A stretch of 64,000 nt of DNA from Eledone cirrhosa (Eukaryota). The position numbers and the translations under genes were made by a program. This document shows positions 33,480 to 51,300 of this stretch, piece by piece. The notes under the pieces were generated by a model. It worked only from the letters and a program-made list of their open reading frames with translations, was not told the origin of the DNA and made no database searches. Positions within the stretch are counted from its first letter, which is position 1; each line of letters starts with the position of its first letter. The DNA is taken from assembly GCA_964016885.1 (NCBI GenBank), contig OZ024742.1:372062001-372126000 (forward strand), written 5' to 3'.

Positions 33480-36400
33480 TACACTAGAAATACAGTAATA
33501 TATACACTAGGAATACAGTAATATATATACACTAGAAATACAGTAATATATATAGATGAGAAATACAGTAATATATATACACTAGAAATACAGTAATATA
33601 TACACTAGAAATACAGTAATATATATACACTAGAAATACAGTAATATATACACTAGAAATACAGTAATATATACACTAGAAATACAATAATATATACACT
33701 AGAAATACAGTAATATATACACTAGGAATACAGTAATATATATATATATACTAGAAATACAGTAATATATATACACTGGTAATACAGTAATATATATACA
33801 CTAGAAATACAGTAATATATACACTAGAAACACAGTAATATATATACACGAGAAATACAGTAATATATATACACGAGAAATACAGTAATATATACACTAG
33901 AAATACAGTAATATATATAAACTATAAATACAGTAATATATACACTATAAACACTAATATATATACACTAGAAATACAGTAATATATATACACGAGAAAT
34001 ACAGTAATATATACACTAGAAATACAGTAATATATATACACTAGATATACAGTAATATATATACACTAGAAATACAGTAATATATATACACTAGAAATTC
34101 AGTAATATATATATATACTATAAATACAGTAATATATATACACTAGAAATACAGTAATATATATACACTAGAAATACAGTAATATATACAGTAGAAAAAC
34201 AGTAATATATACACTAGGAATACAGTAATATATATACACTAGAAATACAGTAATATATATACACTAGAGATACAGTAATATATACACTAGATATACAGTA
34301 ATATATACACTAGAAATACAGTAATATATATACACTAGGAATATAGTAATATATAGACTAAGAATACAGTAATATATATACACTAGGAATAGAGTAATAT
34401 ATATACACTAGAAATACAGTAGTATATATACACTAGAAATACAATAATATATATACACTAGGAATACAGTAATATATATACATTAGGAATACAGATATAT
34501 ATATACACTAGGAATACAGTAATATATATACACTAGAAATACAGTAATATATATACACGAGAAATACAGTAATATATACACTAGAAATACAGTAATATAT
34601 ATACACTAGGAATACAGATATATATATACACTAGGAATACAGTAATATATATACACTAGAAATACAGTAATATATATACACTAGGAATACAGTAATATAT
34701 ATACACTAGAAATACAGTAAGATATATACACTAGAAATACGGTAAATATATACACCAGAAATACAGTAATATATATACATTAGGAATACAGATATATATA
34801 TACACTAGGAATACAGTAATATATATACACTAGATATACAGTAATATATATACACTAGAAATACAGTAATATATATACACTAGGAATACAGTAATATATA
34901 TACACTAGGAATACAGTAATATATATACACTAGAAATACAGTAATATATATACACGAGAAATACAGTAATATATACACTAGAAATACAGTAATATATATA
35001 CACTAGGAATACAGTAATATATACACTAGATATACAGTAATATATATACACTAGAGATACAGTAATATATATACACTAGAAATACAGTAATATATACACT
35101 AGAAATACAGTAATATATACACTAGAAATACAGTAATATATACACTAGAAATACAGTAATATATATACACTTGAAATACAGTAATATATATACACTAGAA
35201 ATACAGTAATATATATACACTAGAAATACAGTAATATATATACACTAGAAATACAGTAATATATATATACACTAGGAATACAGTAATATATATATATTAG
35301 AAATACAGTAATATAGATACACTAGAAATACAGTAATATATATATACACTAGGAATACAGTAATATATATACACTAGAAATACAGTAATATATATACACT
35401 AGAAATACAGTAATATATATATACTAGAAATACAGTAATATATATATACACTAGGAATACAGTAATATATATATATTAGAAATACAGTAATATATATACA
35501 CTAGAAATACAGTAATATATATACACTAGAAATACAGTAATATATACACTAGAAATACAGTAATATATATACACTAGAAATACAGTAATATATACATTAG
35601 AAATACAGTAATATATATACACTAGAAATACAGTAATATATATATACACTAGAAATACAGTAATATATATATACTAGAAATACAGTAATATATATACACT
35701 AGGAATACAGTAATATATATACACTAGAAATACAGTAATATATATACACTAGAAATACAGTAATATATATACACTAGAAATACAGTAATATATACACTAG
35801 GAATACAGTAATATATATCCACTAGAAATACAGTAATATATATAGATGAGAAATACAGTAATATATATACACTAGAAATACAGTAATATATACACTAGAA
35901 ATACAGTAATATATATACACTAGAAATACAGTAATATATACACTAGAAATACAGTAATATATACACTAGAAATACAATAATATATACACTAGAAATACAG
36001 TAATATATACACTAGGAATACAGTAATATATATATATACTAGAAATACAGTAATATATATACACTGGTAATACAGTAATATATATATACACTAGAAATAC
36101 AGTAATATATACACTAGAAACACAGTAATATATATACACGAGAAATACAGTAATATATATACACGAGAAATACAGTAATATATACACTAGAAATACAGTA
36201 TTATATATAAACTATAAATACAGTAATATATACACTATAAACACTAATATATATACACTAGAAATACAGTAATATATATACACGAGAAATACAGTAATAT
36301 ATACACTAGAAATACAGTAATATATATACACTAGATATACAGTAATATATATACACTAGAAATACAGTAATATATATACACTAGAACTTCAGTAATATAT

Positions 36401-36560
36401 ATATATACTATAAATACAGTAATATATATACACTAGAAATACAGTAATATATATACACTAGAAATACAGTAATATATACAGTAGAAAAACAGTAATATAT
36501 ACACTAGGAATACAGTAATATATATACACTAGGAATATAGTAATATATAGACTAAGAATA
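33480..36560. repeat. Pair of related blocks offset ~2290 bp (~33.5-34.4 kb and ~35.8-36.55 kb)
   Basis: CACTGGTAATAC at 33774/36062, AAACTATAAA...CACTATAAACACTAAT at ~33919/36209, and GACTAAGAATAC at ~34356/36550. Confidence 0.85.
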
Positions 36561-39500
36561 CAGTAATATATATATACTAGAAATACAGTAATATATACAC
36601 TAGGAATACAGTAATATATATACACTAGAAATACAGTAATATATATACACTAGAAATACAGTAGTATATATACACTAGAAATACAATAATATATATACAC
36701 TAGGAATACAGTAATATATATACACTAGAAATACAGTAATATATATACACTAGAAACACAGTAATATATATACACTAGAAACACAGTAATATATATACAG
36801 TAGAAACACAGTAATATATATACACTAGGAATACAGTAATATATACACTAGAAATACAGTAATATATATACTAGAAATACAGTAATATATATACACTAGG
36901 AATACAGTAATATATACACTAGAAATACAGTAATATATATACTAGGAATACAGTAATATATATACACTAGAAATACAGTAATATATATATACTAGAAATA
37001 CAGTAATATATACAGTAGAAATACAGTAATATATATACACTAGAAATACAGTAATATATATACACTACAAATACAGTAATATATATACACTAGAAATACA
37101 GTAATATATACACTAGAAATACAGTAATATATATACAGTAGAAATACCGTAATATATATACACTAGAAACACAGTAATATATATACAGTAGAAATACATT
37201 AATATATATATACTAGAAATACAGTAATATATATACACTAGAAATACAGTAATATATACACTAGAAATACAGTAATATATATACACTAGGAATACAGTAA
37301 TATATATACACTAGAAATACAGTAATATATATACATTAGAGATACAGTAATATATACACTAGAAATACAGTAATATATATACACTAGAAATACAGTAATA
37401 TATACACTAGAAATACAGTAATATATACACTAGAAATACAGTAATATATATACACTAGAAATACAGTAATATATACATTAGAAATACAGTAATATATATA
37501 CACTAGCAATACAGTAATATATATATACACTAGAAATACAGTAATATATATATACACTAGAAATACAGTAATATATATACACTAGAAATACAGTAATATA
37601 TATACACTAGGAATACAGTAATATATATACACTAGAAATACAGTAATATATATACACTAGAAATACAGTAATATATACACTAGAAATACAGTAATATATA
37701 TACACTAGAAATACAGTGATATATACACTAGGAATACAGTAATATATATACACTAGAAATACAGTAATATATATACACTAGAGATACAGTAATATATACA
37801 CTAGAAATACAGTAATATATATACACTAGAGATACAGTAATATATACACTAGAAATACAGTAATATATATACACTAGAAATACAGTAATATATACACACT
37901 AGGAAGACAGTAATATATATACACTAGAAATACAGTGATATATATACACTAGGAATACAGTAATATATATACACTAGAAATACAGTAATATATATACACT
38001 AGGAATAAAGTAATATATAGACAAGAAATACAGTAATATATATACACTAGAAATACAGTAATGTACATACACTAGAAATACAGTACTATATATACACTAG
38101 AAATACAGTAATATATACACTAGAAATACAGTAATATATACACTAGATATACAGTAATATATACACTAGGAATACAGTAATATATATACACTAGAAATAC
38201 AGTAATATATACACTATAAATACAGTAATATATATACAGTAGAAATACCGTAATATATATACACTAGAAACACAGTCATATATATACGCTAGGAATTACA
38301 GATATATATATACACTAGGAATACAGTAATATATATACACTAGGAATACTGTAATATATATACACTAGAAATACAGTAATATATATACACTAGGAATACA
38401 GTAATATATATACACTAGAAATACAGTAAGATATATACACTAGAAATACAGTAAATATATACACTAGAAATACAGTAATATATATATACTAGAAATATAG
38501 TAATATATACACTAGAAATACAGTAATATATATACACTAGAAATACAGTAATATATATACACTACAAATACAGTAATATATATACACTAGGAATACAGTA
38601 ATATATATACACTAGAAATACAGTAATATATACACTAGGAATACAGTAATCTATATACACTAGAAATACAGTAATATATATAGACTAGAAATACAGTAAT
38701 ATATATACACTAGGAATACAGTAATATATATAGACTAGAAATACAGTAATATATATATACACTAGGAATACAGTAATACATATACACTAGGAATACAGTA
38801 ATATATATACACTAGAAATACAGTAATATATATACACTAGAAATACAGTAATATATATACACTAGAAATACAGTAATATATACACTAGGAATACAGTAAT
38901 ATATATACACTAGGAATACAGTAATATATATAGACTAGGAATACAGATATATATATACACTAGGAATACAGTAATATATATACAGTAGAAATACAGTAAT
39001 ATATACACTAGCAATACAGTAATATATATATATACACTAGAAATACAGTAATATATATAGATGAGAAATACAGTAATATACATACACTAGAAATACAGTA
39101 ATATATACACTAGAAATACAGTAATATATATACACTAGAAATACAGTAAGATACATACACTAGAAATACAGTAATATATATACACTAGAAATACAGTAAT
39201 ATATACACTAGGAATACAGTCATATATATACACTAGAAATACAGTAATATATATACACTAGGAATACAGTAATATATATACACTAGAAATACAGTAATAT
39301 ATATAAACTAGAAATACAGTAATATATATACACTAGGAATACAGTAATATATATACACTAGAAATACAGTAATATATATACACTAGAAATACAGTAATAT
39401 ATATACACTAGAAATACAGTAATATATATACACTAGGAATACAGTAATATATATACACTAGAAATACAGTAATATATACACTAGAAATACAGTAATATAT

Positions 39501-42399
39501 ATACACTAGAAATACAGTAATATATACACTAGGAATACAGTAATATATATACACTAGAAATACAGTAATATATATAGATGAGAAATACAGTAATATATAT
39601 ACACTAGAAATACAGTAATATATACACTAGAAATACAGTAGTATATACACTAGAAATACAGTAATATATATACACTAGAAATACAGTAATATATACACTA
39701 GGATTACAGTAATATATATACACTAGAAATACAGTAATATATATAGATGAGAAATACAGTAATATATATACACTAGAAATACAGTAATATATACACTAGA
39801 AATACAGTTATATATATACACTAGAAATACAGTAAGATATATACACTAGAAATACAGTAATATATATACACTAGAAATACAGTAATATATACACTAGGAA
39901 TACAGTAATATATATACACTAGAAATACAGTAATATATACACTAGGAATACAGTAATATATACACTAGGAATACAGTAATATATATACACGAGGAATACA
40001 GTAATATATATACACTAGGAATACAGATATATATATAGACTAGGAATACAGTAATATATATACACTAGGAATACAGTAATATATATACACTAGAAATACA
40101 GTAATATATATACACTAGAAATACAGTAATATATATACACTAGAAATACAGTAATATATACACTAGGAATACAGTAATATATATACACTAGGAATACAGT
40201 AAAATATATACACTAGGAATACAGTAATATATATACACTAGAAATACAGTAATATATAGACTAGAAATACAATAATATATACACTAGAAATACAGTAATA
40301 TATACACTAGAAATACAGTAATATATACACTAGAAATACAATAATATATACACTAGAAAAACAGTAATATATACACTAGGAATACAGTAATATATATATA
40401 TACTAGAAATACAGTAATATATATACACTAGTAATACAGTAATATATATATACACTAGAAATACAGTAATATATACACTAGAAACACAGTAATATATATA
40501 CACTAGAAATACAGTAATATATATACACGAGAAATACAGTAATATATACACTAGAAATACAGTAATATATATACACTAGAAATACAGTAATATATACACT
40601 ATAAACACAGTAATATATATACACTAGAAATACAGTAATATATATACACGAGAAATACAGTAATATATACACTAGAAATACAGTAATATATATACACTAG
40701 ATATACAGTAATATATATACACTAGGAATACAGTAACATATATACACTAGAAATTCAGTAATATATATATATACTAGAAATACAGTAATATATATACACT
40801 AGAAATACAGTAATATATATACACTAGAAATACAGTAATATATACAGTAGAAAAACAGTAATATATACACTAGGAATACAGTAATATATATACACTAGAA
40901 ATACAGTAATATATATACACTAGAAATACAGTAATATATATACACTAGAAATCCAGTAATATATATATACACTAGAAATACAGTAATATATATACACTAG
41001 AGATACAGTAATATATACACTAGAAATACAATAATATATATACACTAGAAATACAGTAATATATATACACTAGGAATACAGTAATATATATACACTAGAA
41101 ATACAGTAATATATATACACTTGGAATACAGTAATATATATACACTAGAAATACAGTAATATATATACAATAGGAATAAAGTAATATATAGACTAGAAAT
41201 ACAGTAATATATATACACTAGGAATACAGTAATATATATACACTAGGAATACAGTAATATATATACACTAGAAATACAGTAATATATATACACTAGGAAT
41301 ACAGTAATATATATACACTAGAAATACAGTAATATATATATACTAGAAATACAGTAATATATATACACTAGAAATACAGTAATATATATACACTAGAAAT
41401 ACAGTAATATATATATACTAGAAATACAGTAATATATATACACTAGAAATACAGTAATATATATACACTAGAGATACAGTAATATATATACACTAGAAAT
41501 ACAGTAATATATATACACTTGAAATACAGTAGTATATATACACTAGAAATACAATAATATATATACACTAGGAATACAGTAATATATATACACTAGAAAT
41601 ACAGTAATATATATACACTAGAAATACAATAATATATATACACTAGGAATACAGTAATATATATACACTAGAAATACAGTAATATATATACACTAGAAAC
41701 ACAGTAATATATATATAGTAGAAACACAATAATATATATACAGTAGAAACACAGTAATATATATACACTAGGAATACAGTAATATATATACAGTAGAAAC
41801 ACAGTAATATATATACACTAGGAATACAGTAATATATATACACTAGAAATACAGTAATATATATACTAGAAATTCAGTAATATATATACACTAGAAATAC
41901 AGTAATATATACATACTAGAAATACAGTAATATATACACTAGAAATACAGTAATATATATACACTAGAAATACAGTAATATATATACACTACAAATACAG
42001 TAATATATATACACTAGAAATACAGTAATATATACACTAGAAATACAATAATATATATACGGTAGAAATACCGTAATATATATACACTAGAAACACAGTA
42101 ATATATATACAGTAGAAATACAGTAATATATATATACTAGAAATACAGTAATCTATATACACTAGAAATACAGTAATATATATATACTAGAAATACAGTA
42201 ATATATACACTAGAAATACAGTAATATATATACACTAGAAATACAGTAATATATATACACTACAAATACAGTAATATATATACACTAGAAACACAGTAAT
42301 ATATATACACTAGGAATACATTAATATATATACACTAGAAATACAGTAATATATATACACTAGAAATACAGTAATATATATACACTAGGAATACAGTAA

Positions 42400-45300
42400 T
42401 ATATATACACTAGAAATACAGTAATATATATAAACTAGAAATACAGTAATATATATACACTAGAAATACAGTAATATATATACACTAGGAATACAGTAAT
42501 ATATATACACTAGAAATACAGTAATATATATAAACTAGAAATACAGTAATATATATACACTAGAAATACAGTAATATATATACACTAGAAATACAGTAAT
42601 ATATATACACTAGAAATACAGTAATATATATACACTAGGAATACAGTAATATATATACACTAGGAATACAGTAATATATATACACTAGAAATACAGTAAT
42701 ATATATACACTTGGAATACAGTAATATATATACACTAGAAATACAGTAATATATATACACTAGGAATACAGTAATATATACACTAGAAATACAGTAATAT
42801 ATATACACTAGAAATACAGTAATATATAGACTAGAAATACAATAATATATACACTAGAAATACAGTAATATATACACTAGAAATACAGTAATATATACAC
42901 TAGAAATACAATAATATATACACTAGAAATACAGTAATATATACACTAGGAAGAGTGTAATATATATATATACTAGAAATACAGTAATATATATACACGA
43001 GAAATACAGTAATATATACACTAGAAATACAGTAACATATATACACTAGAAATACAGTAATATATACACTATAAACACAGTAATATATATACACTAGAAA
43101 TACAGTAATATATATACACGAGAAATACAGTAATATATACACTAGAAATCCAGTAATATATATACACTAGATATACAGTAATATATATATATACTAGAAA
43201 TACAGTAATATATATACACTAGAAATACAGTAATATATACAGTAGAAAAACAGTAATATATACAGTAGGAATACAGTAATATATATACACTAGGAATACA
43301 GTAATATATACACTAGGAATACAGTAATATATATACACTAGAAATACAGTAATATATATACACTAGAAATACAGTAATATATACACACTAGAAATACAGT
43401 AATATATATACACTAGAAATCCAGTAATATATATACACTAGAAATACAGTAATATATATATACACTAGAAATACAGTAATATATATATACACTAGGAATA
43501 CAGTAATATATATACACTAGAAATACAGTAATATATATACACTAGGAATACAGTAATATATATACACTAGGAATACAGATATATATATATACACTAGGAA
43601 TACAGTAATATATATATATACTAGGAATACAGTAATATATATACACTAGAAATACAGTAATATATATACACGAGAAATACAGTAATATATACACTAGAAA
43701 TACAGTAATATATATACACTAGGAATACAGTAATATATACACTAGAAATACAGTAATATATATACACTAGAGATACAGTAATATATATACACTAGAAATA
43801 CAGTAATACATACACTAGAAATACAGTAATATATACACTCGAAATACAGTAATATATACACTAGAAATACAGTAATATATATACACAGGAAATACAGTAC
43901 TATATATACACTAGAAATACAGTAATATATATACACTAGAAATACAATAATATATACACTAGAAATACAGTAATATATACACTAGAAATACAGTAATATA
44001 TATACACTAGAAATACAGTAATATATATACACTAGAAATACAGTAATATATATACACTTGAAATACAGTAATATATATACACTAGAAGTACAGTAATATA
44101 TATACACTAGAAATACAGTAATATATACACTAGAAATACAGTAATATATACACTAGAAATACAGTAATATATATACACTTGAAATACAGTAATATATATA
44201 CACTAGAAGTACAGTAATATATATACACTAGAAATACAGCAATATATACACTAGAAATACAGTAATATATATACACTAGAAATACAGTCATATATATATA
44301 CTAGAAATACAGTAATATATATATACACTAGAAATACAGTAATATATACACTAGTAATACAGTAATATATATACACTAGGAATACAGTAATATATATACA
44401 CTAGGAATACAGTAATATATATACACTAGAAATGCAGTAATATATATACACTAGAAATACAGTAATATATATACACTAGAAATACAATAGTATATACACT
44501 AGAAATACAGTAATATATACACTAGAAATACAGTAATCTATATACACTTGAAATACAGTAATATATATACACTAGAAGTACAGTAATATATATACACTAG
44601 AAATACAGTAATATATACACTAGAAATACAGTAATATATACACTAGAAATACAGTAATATATATACACTTGAAATACAGTAATATATATACACTAGAAGT
44701 ACAGTAATATATATACACTAGAAATACAGCAATATATACACTAGAAATACAGTAATATATATACACTAGAAATACAGTCATATATATATATACTAGAAAT
44801 ACAGTAATATATATATACACTAGAAATACAGTAATATATACACTAGTAATACAGTAATATATATACACTAGGAATACAGTAATATATATATACTAGAAAT
44901 ACAGTAATATATATACACTAGGAATACAGTAATATATATACACTAGGAATACAGTAATATATATTCACTAGGAATACAGTAATATATATACACTAGGAAT
45001 ACAGTAATATATATACACTAGAAATACAGTAATATATATACACTAGAAATACAGTAATATAATACACTAGGAATACAGTAATATATATACATGGGAAATA
45101 CAGTAATATATACACTAGAAATACAGTAATATATATACACTAGAAATACAGTAATATATATACACTAGAGATACAGTAATATATACACTAGATATACAGT
45201 AATATATACACTAGATATACAGTAATATATACACTAGGAATACAGTAATATATATACACTAGAAATACAGTAATATATATACACTAGGAATACAGTAATA

Positions 45301-48300
45301 TATATACACTAGGAATACAGTAATATATATACACTAGAAATACGGTAATATATATACACTAGAAATACAGTAATATATATACACTAGAAATACAGTAATA
45401 TATATACACTAGAAATACAGTAATATATAGACTAGAAATACAATAATATATACACTAGAAATACAGTAATATATACACTAGAAATACAGTAATATATACA
45501 CTAGAAATACAATAATATATACACTAGAAATACAGTAATATATACACTAGGAAGAGAGTAATATATATATATACTAGAAATACAGTAATATATATACACG
45601 AGAAATACAGTAATATATACACTAGAAATACAGTAACATATATACACTAGAAATACAGTAATATATACACTATAAACACAGTAATATATATACACTAGAA
45701 ATACAGTAATATATATACACGAGAAATACAGTAATATATACACTAGAAATCCAGTAATATATATACACTAGATATACAGTAATATATATATATACTAGAA
45801 ATACAGTAATATATATACACTAGAAATACAGTAATATATACAGTAGAAAAACAGTAATATATACAGTAGGAATACAGTAATATATATACACTAGGAATAC
45901 AGTAATATATACACTAGGAATACAGTAATATATATACACTAGAAATACAGTAATATATATACACTAGAAATACCGTAATATATATACACTAGAAATACAG
46001 TAATATATATACACTAGAAATCCAGTAATATATATACACTAGAAATACAGTAATATATATATACACTAGAAATACAGTAATATATATATATACACTAGGA
46101 ATACAGTAATATATATACACTAGAAATACAGTAATATATATACACTAGGAATACAGTAATATATATACACTAGGAATACAGATATATATATATACACTAG
46201 GAATACAGTAATATATATATATACTAGGAATACAGTAATATATATACACTAGAAATACAGTAATATATATACACGAGAAATACAGTAATATATACACTAG
46301 AAATACAGTAATATATATACACTAGGAATACAGTAATATATACACTAGAAATACAGTAATATATATACACTAGAGATACAGTAATATATATACACTAGAA
46401 ATACAGTAATACATACACTAGAAATACAGTAATATATACACTCGAAATACAGTAATATATACACTAGAAATACAGTAATATATATACACTAGAAATACAG
46501 TAATATATATACACTAGAAATACAGTAATATATATACACTAGGAATACAATAATATATACACTAGAAATACAGTAATATATACACTAGAAATACAGTAAT
46601 ATATATACACTTGAAATACAGTAATATATATACACTAGAAGTACAGTAATATATATACACTAGAAATACAGTAATATATATACACTAGGAATACAGTAAT
46701 ATATATACACTAGAAATACAGTAATATATACACTAGGAATACAGTAATATATATACACTAGAAATACAGTAATATATATACACTAGAAATACAGTAATAT
46801 ATATACACTAGGAATACAGTAATATATATACACTAGGAATACAGTAATATATATACACTAGAAATACAGTAATATATATACACTAGAAATACAGTAATAT
46901 ATATACACTAGAAATACAGTAATATATACACTAGAAATACAGTAATATATATACACTTGAAATACAGTAATATATATACACTAGAAGTACAGTAATATAT
47001 ATACACTAGAAATACAGCAATATATACACTAGAAATACAGTAATATATATACACTAGAAATACAGTCATATATATATACTAGAAATACAGTAATATATAT
47101 ATACACTAGAAATACAGTAATATATACACTAGTAATACAGTAATATATATACACTAGGAATACAGTAATATATATACACTAGGAATACAGTAATATATAT
47201 ACACTAGAAATGCAGTAATATATATACACTAGAAATACAGTAATATATATACACTAGGAATACAGTAATATATATACACTAGGAATACAGTAATATATAT
47301 ACACTAGGAATACAGTAATATATATACACTAGGAATACAGTAATATATATACACTAGAAATACAGTAATATATATACACTAGAAATACAGTAATATAATA
47401 CACTAGGAATACAGTAATATATATACATGGAAATACAGTAATATATACACTAGAAATACAGTAATATATATACACTAGAAGTACAGTAATATATATACAC
47501 TAGAGATACAGTAATATATACACTAGATATACAGTAATATATACACTAGATATACAGTAATATATACACTAGGAATACAGTAATATATATACACTAGGAA
47601 TACAGTAATATATATACACTAGGAATACAGTAATATATATACACTAGAAATGCAGTAATATATATACACTAGGAATACAGTAATATATATACACTAGCAA
47701 TACAGTAATATATATACACTAGAAATACAGTAATATATATACACTAGGAATACAGTAATATATATACACTAGAAATACTGTAAGATATATAAACTAGAAA
47801 TACAGTAAATATATACACTAGAAATACAGTAATATATATACACCAGAAATACAGTAATATATATACACTAGGAATACAGTAATATATATACACTAGGAAT
47901 ACAGTAATATATATACACTAGAAATACAGTAATATATATACACGAGAAATACAGTAATATACATACACTAGAAATACAGTAATATATATAAACTAGAAAT
48001 ACAGTAATATATATACACTAGAAATACAGTAATATATATACACTAGGAATACAGTAATATATATACACTAGAAATACAGTAATATATATAAACTAGAAAT
48101 ACAGTAATATATATACACTAGAAATACAGTAATATATATACACTAGAAATACAGTAATATATATACACTAGAAATACAGTAATATATATACACTAGGAAT
48201 ACAGTAATATATATACACTAGGAATACAGTAATATATATACACTAGAAATACAGTAATATATATACACTTGGAATACAGTAATATATATACACTAGAAAT

Positions 48301-51300
48301 ACAGTAGTATATATACACTAGGAATACAGTAATATATACACTAGAAATACAGTAATATATATACACTAGAAATACAGTAATATATAGACTAGAAATACAA
48401 TAATATATACACTAGAAATACAGTAATATATACACTAGAAATACAGTAATATATACACTAGAAATACAATAATATATACACTAGAAATACAGTAATATAT
48501 ACACTAGGAAGAGAGTAATATATATATATACTAGAAATACAGTAATATATATACACGAGAAATACAGTAATATATACACTAGAAATACAGTAACATATAT
48601 ACACTAGAAATACAGTAATATATACACTATAAACACAGTAATATATATACACTAGAAATACAGTAATATATATACACGAGAAATACAGTAATATATACAC
48701 TAGAAATCCAGTAATATATATACACTAGATATACAGTAATATATATATATACTAGAAATACAGTAATATATATACACTAGAAATACAGTAATATATACAG
48801 TAGAAAAACAGTAATATATACAGTAGGAATACAGTAATATATATACACTAGGAATACAGTAATATATACACTAGGAATACAGTAATATATATACACTAGA
48901 AATACAGTAATATATATACACTAGAAATACAGTAATATATATACACTAGAAATACAGTAATATATATACACTAGAAATCCAGTAATATATATACACTAGA
49001 AATACAGTAATATATATATACACTAGAAATACAGTAATATATATATACACTAGGAATACAGTAATATATATACACTAGAAATACAGTAATATATATACAC
49101 TAGGAATACAGTAATATATATACACTAGGAATACAGATATATATATATACACTAGGAATACAGTAATATATATATATACTAGGAATACAGTAATATATAT
49201 ACACTAGAAATACAGTAATATATATACACGAGAAATACAGTAATATATACACTAGAAATACAGTAATATATATACACTAGGAATACAGTAATATATATAC
49301 ACTAGGAATACAGTAATATATATACACTAGAAATACAGTAATATATATACACTAGAAATACAGTAATATATATACACTAGAAATACAGTAATATATACAC
49401 TAGAAATACAGTAATATATATACACTTGAAATACAGTAATATATATACACTAGAAGTACAGTAATATATATACACTAGAAATACAGCAATATATACACTA
49501 GAAATACAGTAATATATATACACTAGAAATACAGTCATATATATATACTAGAAATACAGTAATATATATATACACTAGAAATACAGTAATATATACACTA
49601 GTAATACAGTAATATATATACACTAGGAATACAGTAATATATATACACTAGGAATACAGTAATATATATACACTAGAAATGCAGTAATATATATACACTA
49701 GAAATACAGTAATATATATACACTAGGAATACAGTAATATATATACACTAGGAATACAGTAATATATATACACTAGGAATACAGTAATATATATACACTA
49801 GGAATACAGTAATATATATACACTAGAAATACAGTAATATATATACACTAGAAATACAGTAATATAATACACTAGGAATACAGTAATATATATACATGGA
49901 AATACAGTAATATATACACTAGAAATACAGTAATATATATACACTAGAAGTACAGTAATATATATACACTAGAGATACAGTAATATATACACTAGATATA
50001 CAGTAATATATACACTAGATATACAGTAATATATACACTAGGAATACTGTAATATATATACACTAGGAATACAGTAATATATATACACTAGGAATACAGT
50101 AATATATATACACTAGAAATGCAGTAATATATATACACTAGGAATACAGTAATATATATACACTAGCAATACAGTAATATATATACACTAGAAATACAGT
50201 AATATATATACACTAGGAATACAGTAATATATATACACTAGAAATACTGTAAGATATATAAACTAGAAATACAGTAAATATATACACTAGAAATACAGTA
50301 ATATATATACACCAGAAATACAGTAATATATATACACTAGGAATACAGTAATATATATACACTAGGAATACAGTAATATATATACACTAGAAATACAGTA
50401 ATATATATACACGAGAAATACAGTAATATACATACACTAGAAATACAGTAATATATATAAACTAGAAATACAGTAATATATATACACTAGAAATACAGTA
50501 ATATATATACACTAGGAATACAGTAATATATATACACTAGAAATACAGTAATATATATAAACTAGAAATACAGTAATATATATACACTAGAAATACAGTA
50601 ATATATATACACTAGAAATACAGTAATATATATACACTAGAAATACAGTAATATATATACACTAGGAATACAGTAATATATATACACTAGGAATACAGTA
50701 ATATATATACACTAGAAATACAGTAATATATATACACTTGGAATACAGTAATATATATACACTAGAAATACAGTAATATATATACACTAGGAATACAGTA
50801 ATATATACACTAGAAATACAGTAATATATATACACTAGAAATACAGTAATATATAGACTAGAAATACAATAATATATACACTAGAAATACAGTAATATAT
50901 ACACTAGAAATACAGTAATATATACACTAGAAATACAATAATATATACACTAGAAATACAGTAATATATACACTAGGAAGAGAGTAATATATATATATAC
51001 TAGAAATACAGTAATATATATACACGAGAAATACAGTAATATATACACTAGAAATACAGTAACATATATACACTAGAAATACAGTAATATATACACTATA
51101 AACACAGTAATATATATACACTAGAAATACAGTAATATATATACACGAGAAATACAGTAATATATACACTAGAAATCCAGTAATATATATACACTAGATA
51201 TACAGTAATATATATATATACTAGAAATACAGTAATATATATACACTAGAAATACAGTAATATATACAGTAGAAAAACAGTAATATATACAGTAGGAATA

